Of a stretch of 64,000 nt of DNA, positions 27,343-38,500 are shown one piece after another; position 1 is the first letter of the stretch; each line of letters starts with the position of its first letter. The stretch is from Monocercomonoides exilis PA203 (Eukaryota; Protista; Preaxostyla), in assembly GCA_001643675.2 (NCBI GenBank), contig LSRY02000016.1:186001-250000 (forward strand), given 5' to 3'. The notes below the pieces were generated by a model. That model saw only the letters and a program-made list of their open reading frames with translations, ran no database searches and had not been told where the DNA came from. A program made the translations under genes and the position numbers.

Positions 27343-28012
27343 AAAAAATTTGATCAATACCATTATATTCTTTTTAAAAAATGATAATGAAACTTTTCGA
27401 ATAATTGAACTGGTCACAAATAATAGTCTGAATAATTTTGTGACAACAATTAAAACGAAATTGTTCATGTTAAAAGCATTTAAGTTTTATTTCTGAATTC
27501 TTATTAATTTTTTGAATAATTTAAATTTTTTTAATCAACTTGACAATAACTTAGAGTTTAAGAAAAGAAATTGTTATTTATTTATCGGTTGTGATCACAT
27601 TGAAGGAGCGCAAGTTCTTGAAAAGAACAACTTTTGTGAATGACAGTACACTTGGTGAATAAAGCGATTGTTTGTGAAAAAGCAGGAAGTTTGTGTTTTT
27701 CATATCCTTTTTCAAAAAGAAAATTTTAGTTTTTTCGACTTGAAAATGAAATTTTATCTTTATTAATGCTTTGTTCCTGAAATATTTTTGATTATTTTTC
27801 TTTTTTTTATGAGACAGATATTTGCTTTTTGTCGTGAGTTCGTCAGAAAAAATTTAAAAAATCACGAAAAAAAATAACAACAATAAAATTTAATAAAAAC
27901 CTGAAAATAATTTGGGTGACAGTTTTATTCTTAAAAAAATATTTGATTTTTTAACATTCTATCATTTACTGACTTTGCAATACAATCAATTCAATTTTTG
28001 ATCATTTAAATA

Positions 28013-29800
28013 ATGATTGAGTCATCAGGAAAATCATCTTCGAATTCTCTTCATAGACTGTAATCCATTTCCAAATACCGTTCATTTTCATCGCCTTCGC
28101 AGAAAGTATTCGAAATAAAAAAGAAATATGATTTATCGTGGAAAGTGGTTGTACCATCGCATTCAATTTCCAACGGAACATGGGAAAGAGGGATTGCCGA
28201 AATCAAAGAAAAGCCTGAAGTCGGAAAAGCAGGACGACCGACTGTAAAAACCTAAAGTGAAATTGAAAAGAAAGAGAATCAAACAATCGCAATGTTTTTT
28301 GAACAAAAAAGAATTCGACTGAAGGATATGCTATTGATGGTTTGAAAACAATGTTATTTGGTTTTTTCATCAATTTTTTAATGAAGATAAAAGGAACCAT
28401 CGATTCTTATGCAGAGAACGAAGAAGAAATAAAGAAAGTCAATTCAAATAATTCCAAGATCTTATTGAAAGAAGCTTGATTTTGAATGCATCGAAATCTT
28501 TGCCCATGGAAATAGTTAAGATTTGTGCGCAACCCATTTTACGATATGTGCGCGGTTCGAAAATCGATCTTTCATTATCACAACCATTGATGTTGATTCA
28601 AGAGACATTTTCAATTTTGACGAATCTTGCATCCGAGTTTGTGATGGAACAACAAAACTTGTTATTTGTTTAAAAAAATCAATTACCCCCTTCCGTCATA
28701 TCCACCGAAAACTGAAAATGCAACAATATATATTTGCATTTGTGCAGATGTGTCACATCCGCCATTCTTTTGAATTAAAAAAAAAAAAAATCATCTTAAT
28801 GTCCAAATTTTTGTTTAATTTTCTAAAAAATTGAAAATCTCAAATTCTTATCGAATTTCTGTTTTCACTCACGAAAACACATCCAAACGGATAAAATAAC
28901 ATTATAAAGGATTTGTTTCAATGACAGCAAAGTTTGGTGAGTTGGAACAGAAATTTGATTGAACAATGAAAATTTTTATTTTTTTGAATATTGAACAAAT
29001 GGAACTATTCAAAAAAATCAAAGAAATATTTTCATTTCTTTCTTCGTTCGATATGAATTATTAAGGATCCTTATTTGGATAGATTTCAACAGAAATGTTT
29101 CAACTTATAATGGCAAAAGAGTGGATTCCTTTGATAGCTGAAAAACGAAAATTATTGACAACAAAGAAAACACTCATTGTATTGGACAACCATCGAAAGT
29201 TCCATAATTCGAAAGACAAAATATTTTCAAAACAGAACAATGTGATAATCGAATAGTTTCACCCAAATATGACACCACGTCTCCAGCTCTGTGACAATTA
29301 TGCATTTGCCTGAATAAAGCAAGCACTTCAAAACTCTTACGTTAGACCAGTTAGTTTAACAACTTCTTCATACTGAAAAACTTTGGCAGATGTTTTGCTT
29401 GAAGCTTTATCAGAAGCAATATTTCCTTCGGTTACGAAAACAGCATTTCTGTTTATAAGTGTTTATCTTATGGCTGCTGCTCCTGTGTTGAATCGAGTAT
29501 ACAGCGTTCCAACATCTTCAGAAAAAACAACGTCATCAAATTTGTCTTCTCAAAACATGAAGCAAAGCTTATTCAGTGATTTTTCTCCAAAAGAATATCA
29601 CCAAATGAATGAGAAATGAGATGAAAAGCATAAGTCTGAAATGAGGATTGCGGAAAGATTTAGTGATAATTGTTCTGTCCCCAAACAAGTTGAAGAAGAA
29701 GAACAGAAAGCGATTAAAGAACCACTTTGTGTGAAGAAGAAGATTATTAGACAAAGAAGAAAAAAGATTGATGATGATTTTTTGCATAGAAATGAATGAA
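28013..29800 (+). pseudogene. Decayed pogo-family (DDE_1, DD35D) DNA transposase
   Basis: Reading through stops and frameshifts gives an N-terminal HTH-like region ending 'GKAGRPTVKT*SE', first Asp in 'DIFNFDES' (28619), 'G*ISTEMF..EWIP' (TAG for Trp), second Asp in 'LIVLDNH' (29185) and third Asp in 'HPNMTPRLQLCD..F..K' (29293), with 35 residues between D2 and D3. Multiple in-frame stops; no TIRs found; 3' end approximate. Confidence 0.82.
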
Positions 29801-30621
29801 GTTGTTTGTTTAATTGAGAAGAGACTGATTCAATCAAACTCAGAACCAAGTGAAGTTCGCTCAAAAGGAGATTTATTGACGATAATTCAAATTCAGAAAA
29901 AATGAAAACAACAAACAAATATTTATTGTTTAATATTTTTGTTTATCCGATCAAAAAGCTCGGATTTTTCATAAAATTGTTCTCATATCATTAAAACATT
30001 TTTGGCATTTTCAATCAATAGCTATCAACAAATAATATATAACATCTGTTTGTTTTCTTGTTAAAATAAACTCAAAATTTGTAGAATGTTATCCAAATGG
30101 AAATGAAAATCATTATTGTTCCCGAATGAAGATTGAAATAGACGTTACTAAATTTTCTTAACTACCGGGTTTTCCACGATCTCCAGGATTTTTCCACCAA
30201 GGGTTGATAATGATATGAACAATCGGTAAATGCACAAGATACGACCGGTCTCAATATTGTCATATGTTGTAGCTACGATAATAACATAAAGTGAGCTTAA
30301 GTTTTTTTCTGCCTGTTGTGTGCGGAAACTGTGAAATATGTTATTTAAATTTACGTGAAAATAAAATATCCTGTTCAATTTTTATTTCATTAATGAGTAT
30401 TTTAGGGTTTTTATTTGTTAACTTTTTTTATCACAGTTTTGATGTTTGGGTTTATCTCAAATCAATTGGTTGGGGTTGAATTGTGTTGCATATTTCACTT
30501 TATTTTTAAAATAAAAAATATTTTCAACACGGATCAAAACAGTTCTTTTCAAATTGGGGTCAAGTTGAATTGTGTTTAATCAAAGCATGTTTTAATGCCT
30601 TCTTGAAGAATTTATATTATT

Positions 30622-30879
30622 TGGGTGATTATTTTTGAAATCATATTTTTTCATTCAAAAATATCGGTTCGAAAATAACCCTTGAATATTAATAAATGAA
30701 CACAAAAAAATTCTAATGGAATGTTTGAGACATCTTCATCTTTATTTCAGCAAAAACATTTGTTTTTGAAACAGTTGTGATAGTTTTTATATTTGAATTC
30801 AAAATCTCTTCCCAATGACAAACAATCTTTGAAAAATAAACACCCCGAAAAAAGTTATGATTTCAAAAATAAACACCCA
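30622..30879. repeat. Small imperfect inverted repeat (24-bp arms), possible MITE remnant
   Basis: TGGGTGATTATTTTTGAAATCATA (30622-30645) matches TATGATTTCAAAAATAAACACCCA (30856-30879) as a reverse complement at 23/24 positions. An extra AAAAATAAACACCC copy lies at ~30832. Confidence 0.55.
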
Positions 30880-31158
30880 TTTATCTGTTTATTTAAATTA
30901 TTGTTGAATATAATTGATGTTAAAAATTTTTGATCAATACCAATCTTGAGGGAAATAATAATTTGATTCATTTAAAAATAAAAGTTTCCTCACAAAAGAA
31001 AGACATAATAACTTTACGAAACAGATAACAACAATATTATAATCATCGATACAAATTTTTATTAACGGTAGTATATTGTGCAATAACCGAACAATCATTA
31101 TATCAAGACACGGAAACGCTTTTTCCGAAAGAAAAATTTTTATTTTCAAAATTGTGAT

Positions 31159-32144
31159 AGAGTTACACTTTAACTCTGACCTGTATTTTAACCCCCACCT
31201 TTTTTTTGTGGAGCTGGCTACGGCTTAATACAAGCTTGTTGCCAACAAAATATAACCAGAAATGTTTATTTTAATATATTTTGATTATGCAAAAAATATT
31301 TTTTTACGAATTTTTTTTTCTCAGAGATCTCGGTATTTTTTTAATTTTATTTTTTGATCATTAAATTGATGGTCTTTCCATGAATATAACATTCTGGAAG
31401 TTATAAGCTACATCATCATTACACATCTTATCCTTTTTATTGTTTTTATAACTTTTCACATTTCAGAAGTTTCTTTTTCATCTGTTTTCTCATTTCATCC
31501 ACTTTTCGAAAAAATGAAAATTTTTAAAGAACGAAGAATTTTTATAAAAAGTTTTAAGATTATCCTTAATATATGTTAGAATGTTAATTATGTAGATATA
31601 CAAAAAAGCTTTGCAAATTTGATTTTTAATAGAAAAATGAAAAACATTGATTTCGGTAATTTTGATTTTTAAAACAAATCACATTTATTCGACAAAAAAT
31701 TATGTGAGTGTACAACAATATATAGAGTTTCAAATGAGATACAGCTTATAAAATTTAAAAATTGGTTTTAATACAATAAAAAATTTCATTTTTTCGAAAA
31801 GTGGATGAAATGAGAAAACAGATGAAAAAGAAACTTCTGAAATGTGAAAAGTTATAAAAACAATAAAAAGGATAAGATGTGTAATGATGATGTAGCTTAT
31901 AACTTCCAGAATGTTATATTCATGGAAAGACCATCAATTTAATGATCAAAAAATAAAATTAAAAAAATACCGAGATCTCTGAGAAAAAAAAATTCGTAAA
32001 AAAATATTTTTTGCATAATCAAAATATATTAAAATAAACATTTCTGGTTATATTTTGTTGGCAACAAGCTTGTATTAAGCCGTAGCCAGCTCCACAAAAA
32101 AAAGGTGGGGGTTAAAATACAGGTCAGAGTAAAAGTGAAACCCT
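31159..32144. mobile_element. Non-coding foldback/MITE-like element with ~365-bp terminal inverted repeats and a 250-bp spacer
   Basis: Arms ~31160-31526 and 31777-32143 are reverse complements with no indel (paired coordinates sum to 63303). 31173-31519 vs 31784-32130 is identical over 347 bp by eye. The inverted repeat is certain; the transposon call is inference, since no clean TSD was found. Confidence 0.75.
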
Positions 32145-32591
32145 CGTTAATATTTAAACATAATTTTATTCACAATTTTTAGAAAATTTGAGAGGACAGA
32201 ATTTCGTTATTCTTTTCGGATAAAAAACTGTATCAAGATACACTCCATACAAGAATAACTTTCGAATAATTTCATTATTCATGAGAACATTTTTATTTTG
32301 TTTGTTTACTAAATTACAATTTTGAAAGAAAAAAATTCTCATTTTGATTATAAATTTGTTCAATTATCCACTTTCATGGAAAAAACAATAAATATGGAAT
32401 TATAATTTTCACAAGTTTAGAATGACAAAAAATAAACTAAAATTAATTGAAAATTCAAATTGAAACACACACTTTTTAATAAAAAAACAGAACAAAAAAT
32501 AATAATTAATTTCAAAGATATACTCATACGCATATTCAGAGAATCATAAAACTTTTGAAATACTTTTGAAATGTTTTTGAAATTGAAATGA

Positions 32592-35500
32592 TTAATCAAA
32601 GTAACTTGCATAGGAACTAGATTGCTCATTTATCAGAACTGATCTGGCATATTCATTGAACTTTTTCCATTGATTCTTCCTTGAAGAACGCTTTTTAACA
32701 AATATAATTATAAAAATAATTATTCCAATCAAAATAATTGAGCATGGTACAGAAATGGCAAGTATCGTGTACAACTTTCTTTTGCCATTATCACTTGGAG
32801 TATCTGGTTCGAAACGAAACGAAACGGAAGAAGATGAGAATGACACTCCACCATCACATGAAATAAAGAAATAGAGAATAGATGGTGGCTTTTCCGAAAG
32901 TGTCGAAATATTTAATGAACCTTCTGTAGTTAATACATATGAAGAAGGGTCAGCTGAATCAAGCTCCGCAACAAGAGGCACTTGTAATATTGCATCACTT
33001 TCATTTAAACGTTGAAGCAAACTTAATGATAAGTTGTGGTTACAATTGAATTTTGAACCAGCTAAAGATTTATGCAAAGAATTAATTATTGGAATAGAGT
33101 TTGTCAAGGAAATTACGAGTATTGGGTTAAATGGTTGAATATTGTTTCCTTTGAAGGTTAACTGCGGAAGGATTGGATATTCTTTTTGCTTAACATTTGA
33201 AACGTTGCACTCTAATTTTTCAACAGGCTTGATTCCGCACTGTTTTACGGATTTGTCCTTTTGAGTTGCCTGTGCACAAATATCGTCGCACAGCATCGAA
33301 GATTCACTTATATCCTGAGATGGCTCCTTTAACATTACTTTGGAAGAACTGCATCCAATATCAAGAGATGACTGTATGCCATGGTATGTAAATGAATTAT
33401 CATTAAACTCACTAAATTCATCAATGTCAATCTCAACACCAGATTTTGCTACAATTGCTCCATTCTTTGATTCAGTAATATTCGATGAGCTAATTGACAC
33501 AGTGAGTGTGCCATCTCCATTTGATTTTTTTGCTTGTCCATTCACTGATAAAGCACCTCCACAAGGAAACGTGACCCATTTCCCTGCTTGATTATGCCTG
33601 TCATTTAAGAATAATGCAGAAGATAAATTATTTAAGGCTGTGGTATTTCGTGAAAACTGATTCGATTCAACGCCTAATGATATTTTACGTGAATTTGAAA
33701 GAAAAGTTGCATTCCGCCTAAAGTTGTTTGGTAAAACTGAATAACAAGAATTTTCAGAGAAAAAGCAACCATTTAGTATTACAGCTGCTTTATCATCATT
33801 TGAATGAATATTTCGTTCTGAATGCAAATAACCAAGAAGTTCCGAAAAATTTGGAAGCCATTTTTCGCTCTCGGTTTTCAATCCATGCGCAACCGCTATT
33901 GCACCTCCCTCTTCGTCAGCTGTATTATGGATAAAAGTTGAGTGCTCAATACGAGTTTCTACCCATTTATTGACAATTCCTGCCAGCAGAAAAATGGCAC
34001 CTCCTCGAGATGAATGACAATTTGTGAAAGTGGCGCCATCAATAGAAACCACGCAAGAGGCATCAGAGATTGAAGCTATGTAAATAGCTCCACCTTTCCC
34101 ATCATTTCTAATTGTGCTGCAGTTCTGAAAAAGTGAATTCCCCGATATGTTAATTGCTGAGGCCTTATCGAATAAAATATAGACTGCGCCTCCTTTTTTG
34201 CTTGCTGTGCAATCTTTGCAAACAGCCGAAAACTCAACATTTTCACAGTTCGGTTTGGACAAAAAAATAGCTGGGCCTGCGAAAGCAGATAAATTTGTGA
34301 ATGAAGACCTTCCAATTTTCACTTCATTGACATTAGCTATTCTTAAAGCTGCACCACATGCCTTAGAATCGTCTGAAAATGAGCTTTGAGTTGCATCGTA
34401 ATTAGAAAAGGTCAAATAATTATCATCATTTTGAGGCATCCCCCCTTCTGTTGTTAGCCGATTGCATCCATCAATACTAACCATTGGCAAATGAAATTTT
34501 ACACCTGATTGTTTTAACAATCCCCGATTATCAAACGAGCAGCATTGCAAAGAAATTGATGGCAGATACACTTTCGTGGACACTTTTCGCTTTAAACGAT
34601 CTTTTGCTTTAAAAATCTCTGGCTTGCTGTAAAAAAGCTTTGAATTATCACATCCTGCATATAAGGACATCCCATCAACCTCAGCTTTACAATCACAAAA
34701 ACTTAAAGAACTAAAAGATGTGGAGCGATGACTGCATATTCCACCACCTTTTCCACCAGAGGACGATCCAATAAAGCGGCACTGACTTATATCAGCAGAA
34801 CTATCTAATAACTGAAAATCATAAATTGAACTATGTGGGAATAATTGAGTGCTGTAAGGATCTAAGTAAATGCTTCCTCCATCCAAAGAAGATGAACAAT
34901 TTGTGAAATTCACATTTTGAATAGTCACAAGAACACAAGTAGATGGAATAACAAGAACATTCCCATTCTTTGAGCAAACAGAATCAACTTGGGAGTTGAT
35001 AAATGAAAAGCTTTTCACTTTATCCAATCGAAACAAAGAAGATATTGAGGTTGACACATGATTTTTAAAAGAAGAAGCCTTGCTTTTGCCAATTATTGAA
35101 ACTTTATCAATATTTGAGCATGCGAATATTTCTGATGCACTGACATCTTTCGAATCTTTATTTCCAGACACAATATCAAAATCTGTTAAAGATACGTTGC
35201 CTTCAATACGAGCATCTCCTTCTGATAGCTTGATAGCAAAAAATGCATGAAAATCCCCTTCATTCTCCGAAGTATCTGACACAATTGCATTTGTCACACT
35301 TACTGAAGAAAGACCAACATATCGCTGTGAAAAGATACACGCTCCATCTTTTGTAGCTTTCACGTTCGAAAATCTAATTCGGTACATTGAAATATCTTTT
35401 TCGTACTCGGTAGCAGATGAATATTTACATATATATATTGCACCTCCTTTCGTTGCTGAAGAACAATTCTCAAACTCAACATTCAAAAGATTTATCTGAC

Positions 35501-38500
35501 TCACATCCGATCCAATGTATATAGCTCCACCTGCATTTGTTTCATCTTTCGAATAAAAATTTGAAAGATTCTTGAATTTAATGTTGCTTAATTGAAATGA
35601 AGAGACCTTATCAACTGAAATTCCTGCACAAGAAATGAATGAATTATGGTTGGCAAACGAAAGCAGAGCCTGTGGATATTCAATGGATGAGGTTATCGAA
35701 ATATCTTTTACGCCTCGTATAAATATTAGAGGACCAGTATCTGAAGGAATATCAACCTGAGAATTTGAATTGCCATCAAAAGTTATGTCTTGTAAAATCG
35801 TACTTGCAGTTGTCACGCCTCGTGTTCCTTCAGTATGAAAGAAAATGCAACCATCCCTCGCAAACACATTTGAATACGTAACATCCTTAATAACGATATT
35901 GTCAATGTCGCATACCTCAATCGCACCTCCGCTGCTGCCTGACCAGTGAGTCAAAAAGGATGTTTTTTGAACTTCACTTGATGAAATACTTAGAAATGTC
36001 AGTCTCTGGGCCACAATAAAGGCAGAAGGGTCTTTCGGACCAGCGGTAACATATTTTCCTGTGAATTTTACACCTTTGATATCTACACGAGGAAATGAAG
36101 AACATTCTTTTCCACTAAAAAAAGCAGCACATCCATTTTGAGATGTGCAGTGAGTGAAAAAAGAATTCTCAATTTCAACATTGCAATTAACTATCATTCC
36201 GCCACCTGACATATCTGCCACGCACTCGGTAAATATCACATTTTTCAAAACGCACAGATTATCATCATTGATCCTTTTGGATGAGACGAAATTTGAATCT
36301 GATGAAGACAAAATCGCAATACCTCCTCCATCACCATGACGTGCTTTGCAATTCATAAACGTAGTATTCTCAAGAAGGATATGAAAATTCGAAGCACTAA
36401 CATGCAATCCACCACCAATCTCAGATGTTAAGTTACAAAAACTTACAGATTTAATTGTGACAGAATTAGATTTGTTTATGAATATTCCTCCACCACTCAC
36501 GCTTGGATTTTCATTAAAAAAATAAGCTATAGATTTGAGTTTTGATTCGAAAATTAATTCTTCAACATAATTGAAATGCACGAAGTAAACGCTATTATGA
36601 CCAATAGCATTTACTCCTGATGTATAACACTTGCAACCAATAAAATGCATCGTTCCTTTTCCATTTACAGTGTCTAAACCTTCATTGCTTTGATAGATAG
36701 CATTCCCATATTTTCCGAAAAGGTCAGTAAACGTAATGTTTTCGTAAATACATTCAATACAACGATACAGCTCAATCCCTCCAGCATCAGAATTAGACTC
36801 TTGGCTGGATAACTGTGAAGCACCAGGTTGATCACACGTTAATAATACTTTGGTCAAATTCTTAACATGAATAAGTGCACCACCCGAAGCTTTCTCTTCT
36901 TGACCGTTTAACAACCCATACGCATTTGGATTTTGGATTGTAAGTGTAACAGGAATATCAGAAATACGCTCGATAGCAATTCCAGTACCAATATCAGATG
37001 AGCATTGATAAATCGCAGAGTTAACAAAATTTACAGATCTTAGAGAATATACAGCACCCCCTTTTGAATTATTTTGTGATGAAGACTTTGCACTGCAATC
37101 AGCAAAGGTTACATTGCTAATTGTTGTAATTGCTGGACTGAAATCGGAAAGTGATGAAGAAAATTCTGACAAGAAAATTGCGCCACCTTTTCCAGTCATT
37201 TGCTTTTCTCCATTCGCAGAGCATCCTTGAAAAATGCAATTCGTGATAGAAACAGTTATTGTGCTTGAATCGATCCAAAGGGCAGCGCCTTCAAAAGAAT
37301 GCAAATTTCTAAATTGAATATTCTCAACAGAAAGGCTCTGGACAGATTCAACGGTAATGCCTGCGCTTTTTTGATTACTACTTGAACCAATCATATGCGA
37401 TTGATCGTTTTCATCCCCCTTAATTTTCACATTAGTGTATTTCCTGGCATAAATATATGGACCATATTTATTGACATCTGGTAAAAATTCATCGCTTTTC
37501 AAAAAACCACATTCATGAACACTTAAAGTATCTAAAGTATCATTTGATAAAGCGTCAGATGTTGCAACTATCCCACATCCACATGCTCCAACAACATCAG
37601 AAAATGAAACCTTGCTTAAAAAAAGTTTGCTAACTTGATTTGCAAAAATTCCACCACTTACAGATGTTGATGCATGATCAACAAACATAGAATGTGCTAT
37701 AAATTCAAGACGAGAAAGAAAACAAGCAAGTACAAGAACATCATTGGAAATGAAATTATTCTTTGATGAGTAATTTCCATCAAATGTACATCCCTCGAAT
37801 GAGGCATTCATAGCTTCAGTTAAAGAACCATTAAGAGTAATAAGAGCACCATTTTGATTTGAACTTTTGTAAAAAGAACATCCTTTTGCAACAATTGAAC
37901 GTTTACATGAGATGCATTCTGATTTATTAGCTGAAGATTTATGAACTGAGCAACCTGACATTTTAAGACCAGATATACTGATAGGCGAAACCGTTGCAAT
38001 GCTAGATAATGTATGTGAAATCGCAGAAAAAGCTATTCCAGCGCCATCTCCATCAATATTTGCATCAGAAGAGCATTCAGTAAAAATGCAATTAACGATC
38101 GAAATTTTTGCAACATTCCCTCCAAAATAGAAGCCTCCACCGATAACTGCTGATGCTTTACTTACTGTTGCGTTTGAAATATCCACCGTTTCAACTTGAT
38201 CAATAAAAAGCGCCCCTCCATTTTGCGTAGTTGAAATATGATTCAAAAATTTCGTTTGGCAATCTTCTACAATAATTGAAAAATCCTTCACTGAATGAAT
38301 TGATAGAAGTGATCCGATTTCATCTGGCTCTTCTATTTCTTCGTCAACACCAACAAAGTCACATCCATCGATCTTAAAGCTTGTTGTCAGAGTTGATGTG
38401 TTGTCTTTAAGCTGTGAGCAAATGCAACATCCCTCTTTTCCAAATACAGATTTGAATTTCACCTCTGAAAATTCTGCATTGTCAACACTTAACAATTGAA

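Noticed and set aside
28013-29800. Possibility that in-frame TAA/TAG reflect a TAR=Gln genetic code as in some metamonads
   Set aside because: Dynein and centrin end at TAA exactly at their conserved C-termini, long ORFs need no read-through, and the transposase also has TGA stops and frameshifts. This is ordinary decay.
29598-29918. Hydrophobic 106-aa minus-strand ORF
   Set aside because: It is antisense to the Lys/Glu-rich end of the transposase remnant in AT-rich DNA, with no ATG start or motif.
27450-30400. Terminal inverted repeats for the pogo remnant
   Set aside because: Only a ~10-bp match was found (TAACATTCTA at ~27952 vs ~30082), which is expected by chance at this AT content.
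30148-32629. Short ORFs around the foldback element as a possible cognate transposase
   Set aside because: All are 60-76 aa and I/K/F/N-rich, as expected from AT-rich noise, with no MULE, hAT or DDE motifs.
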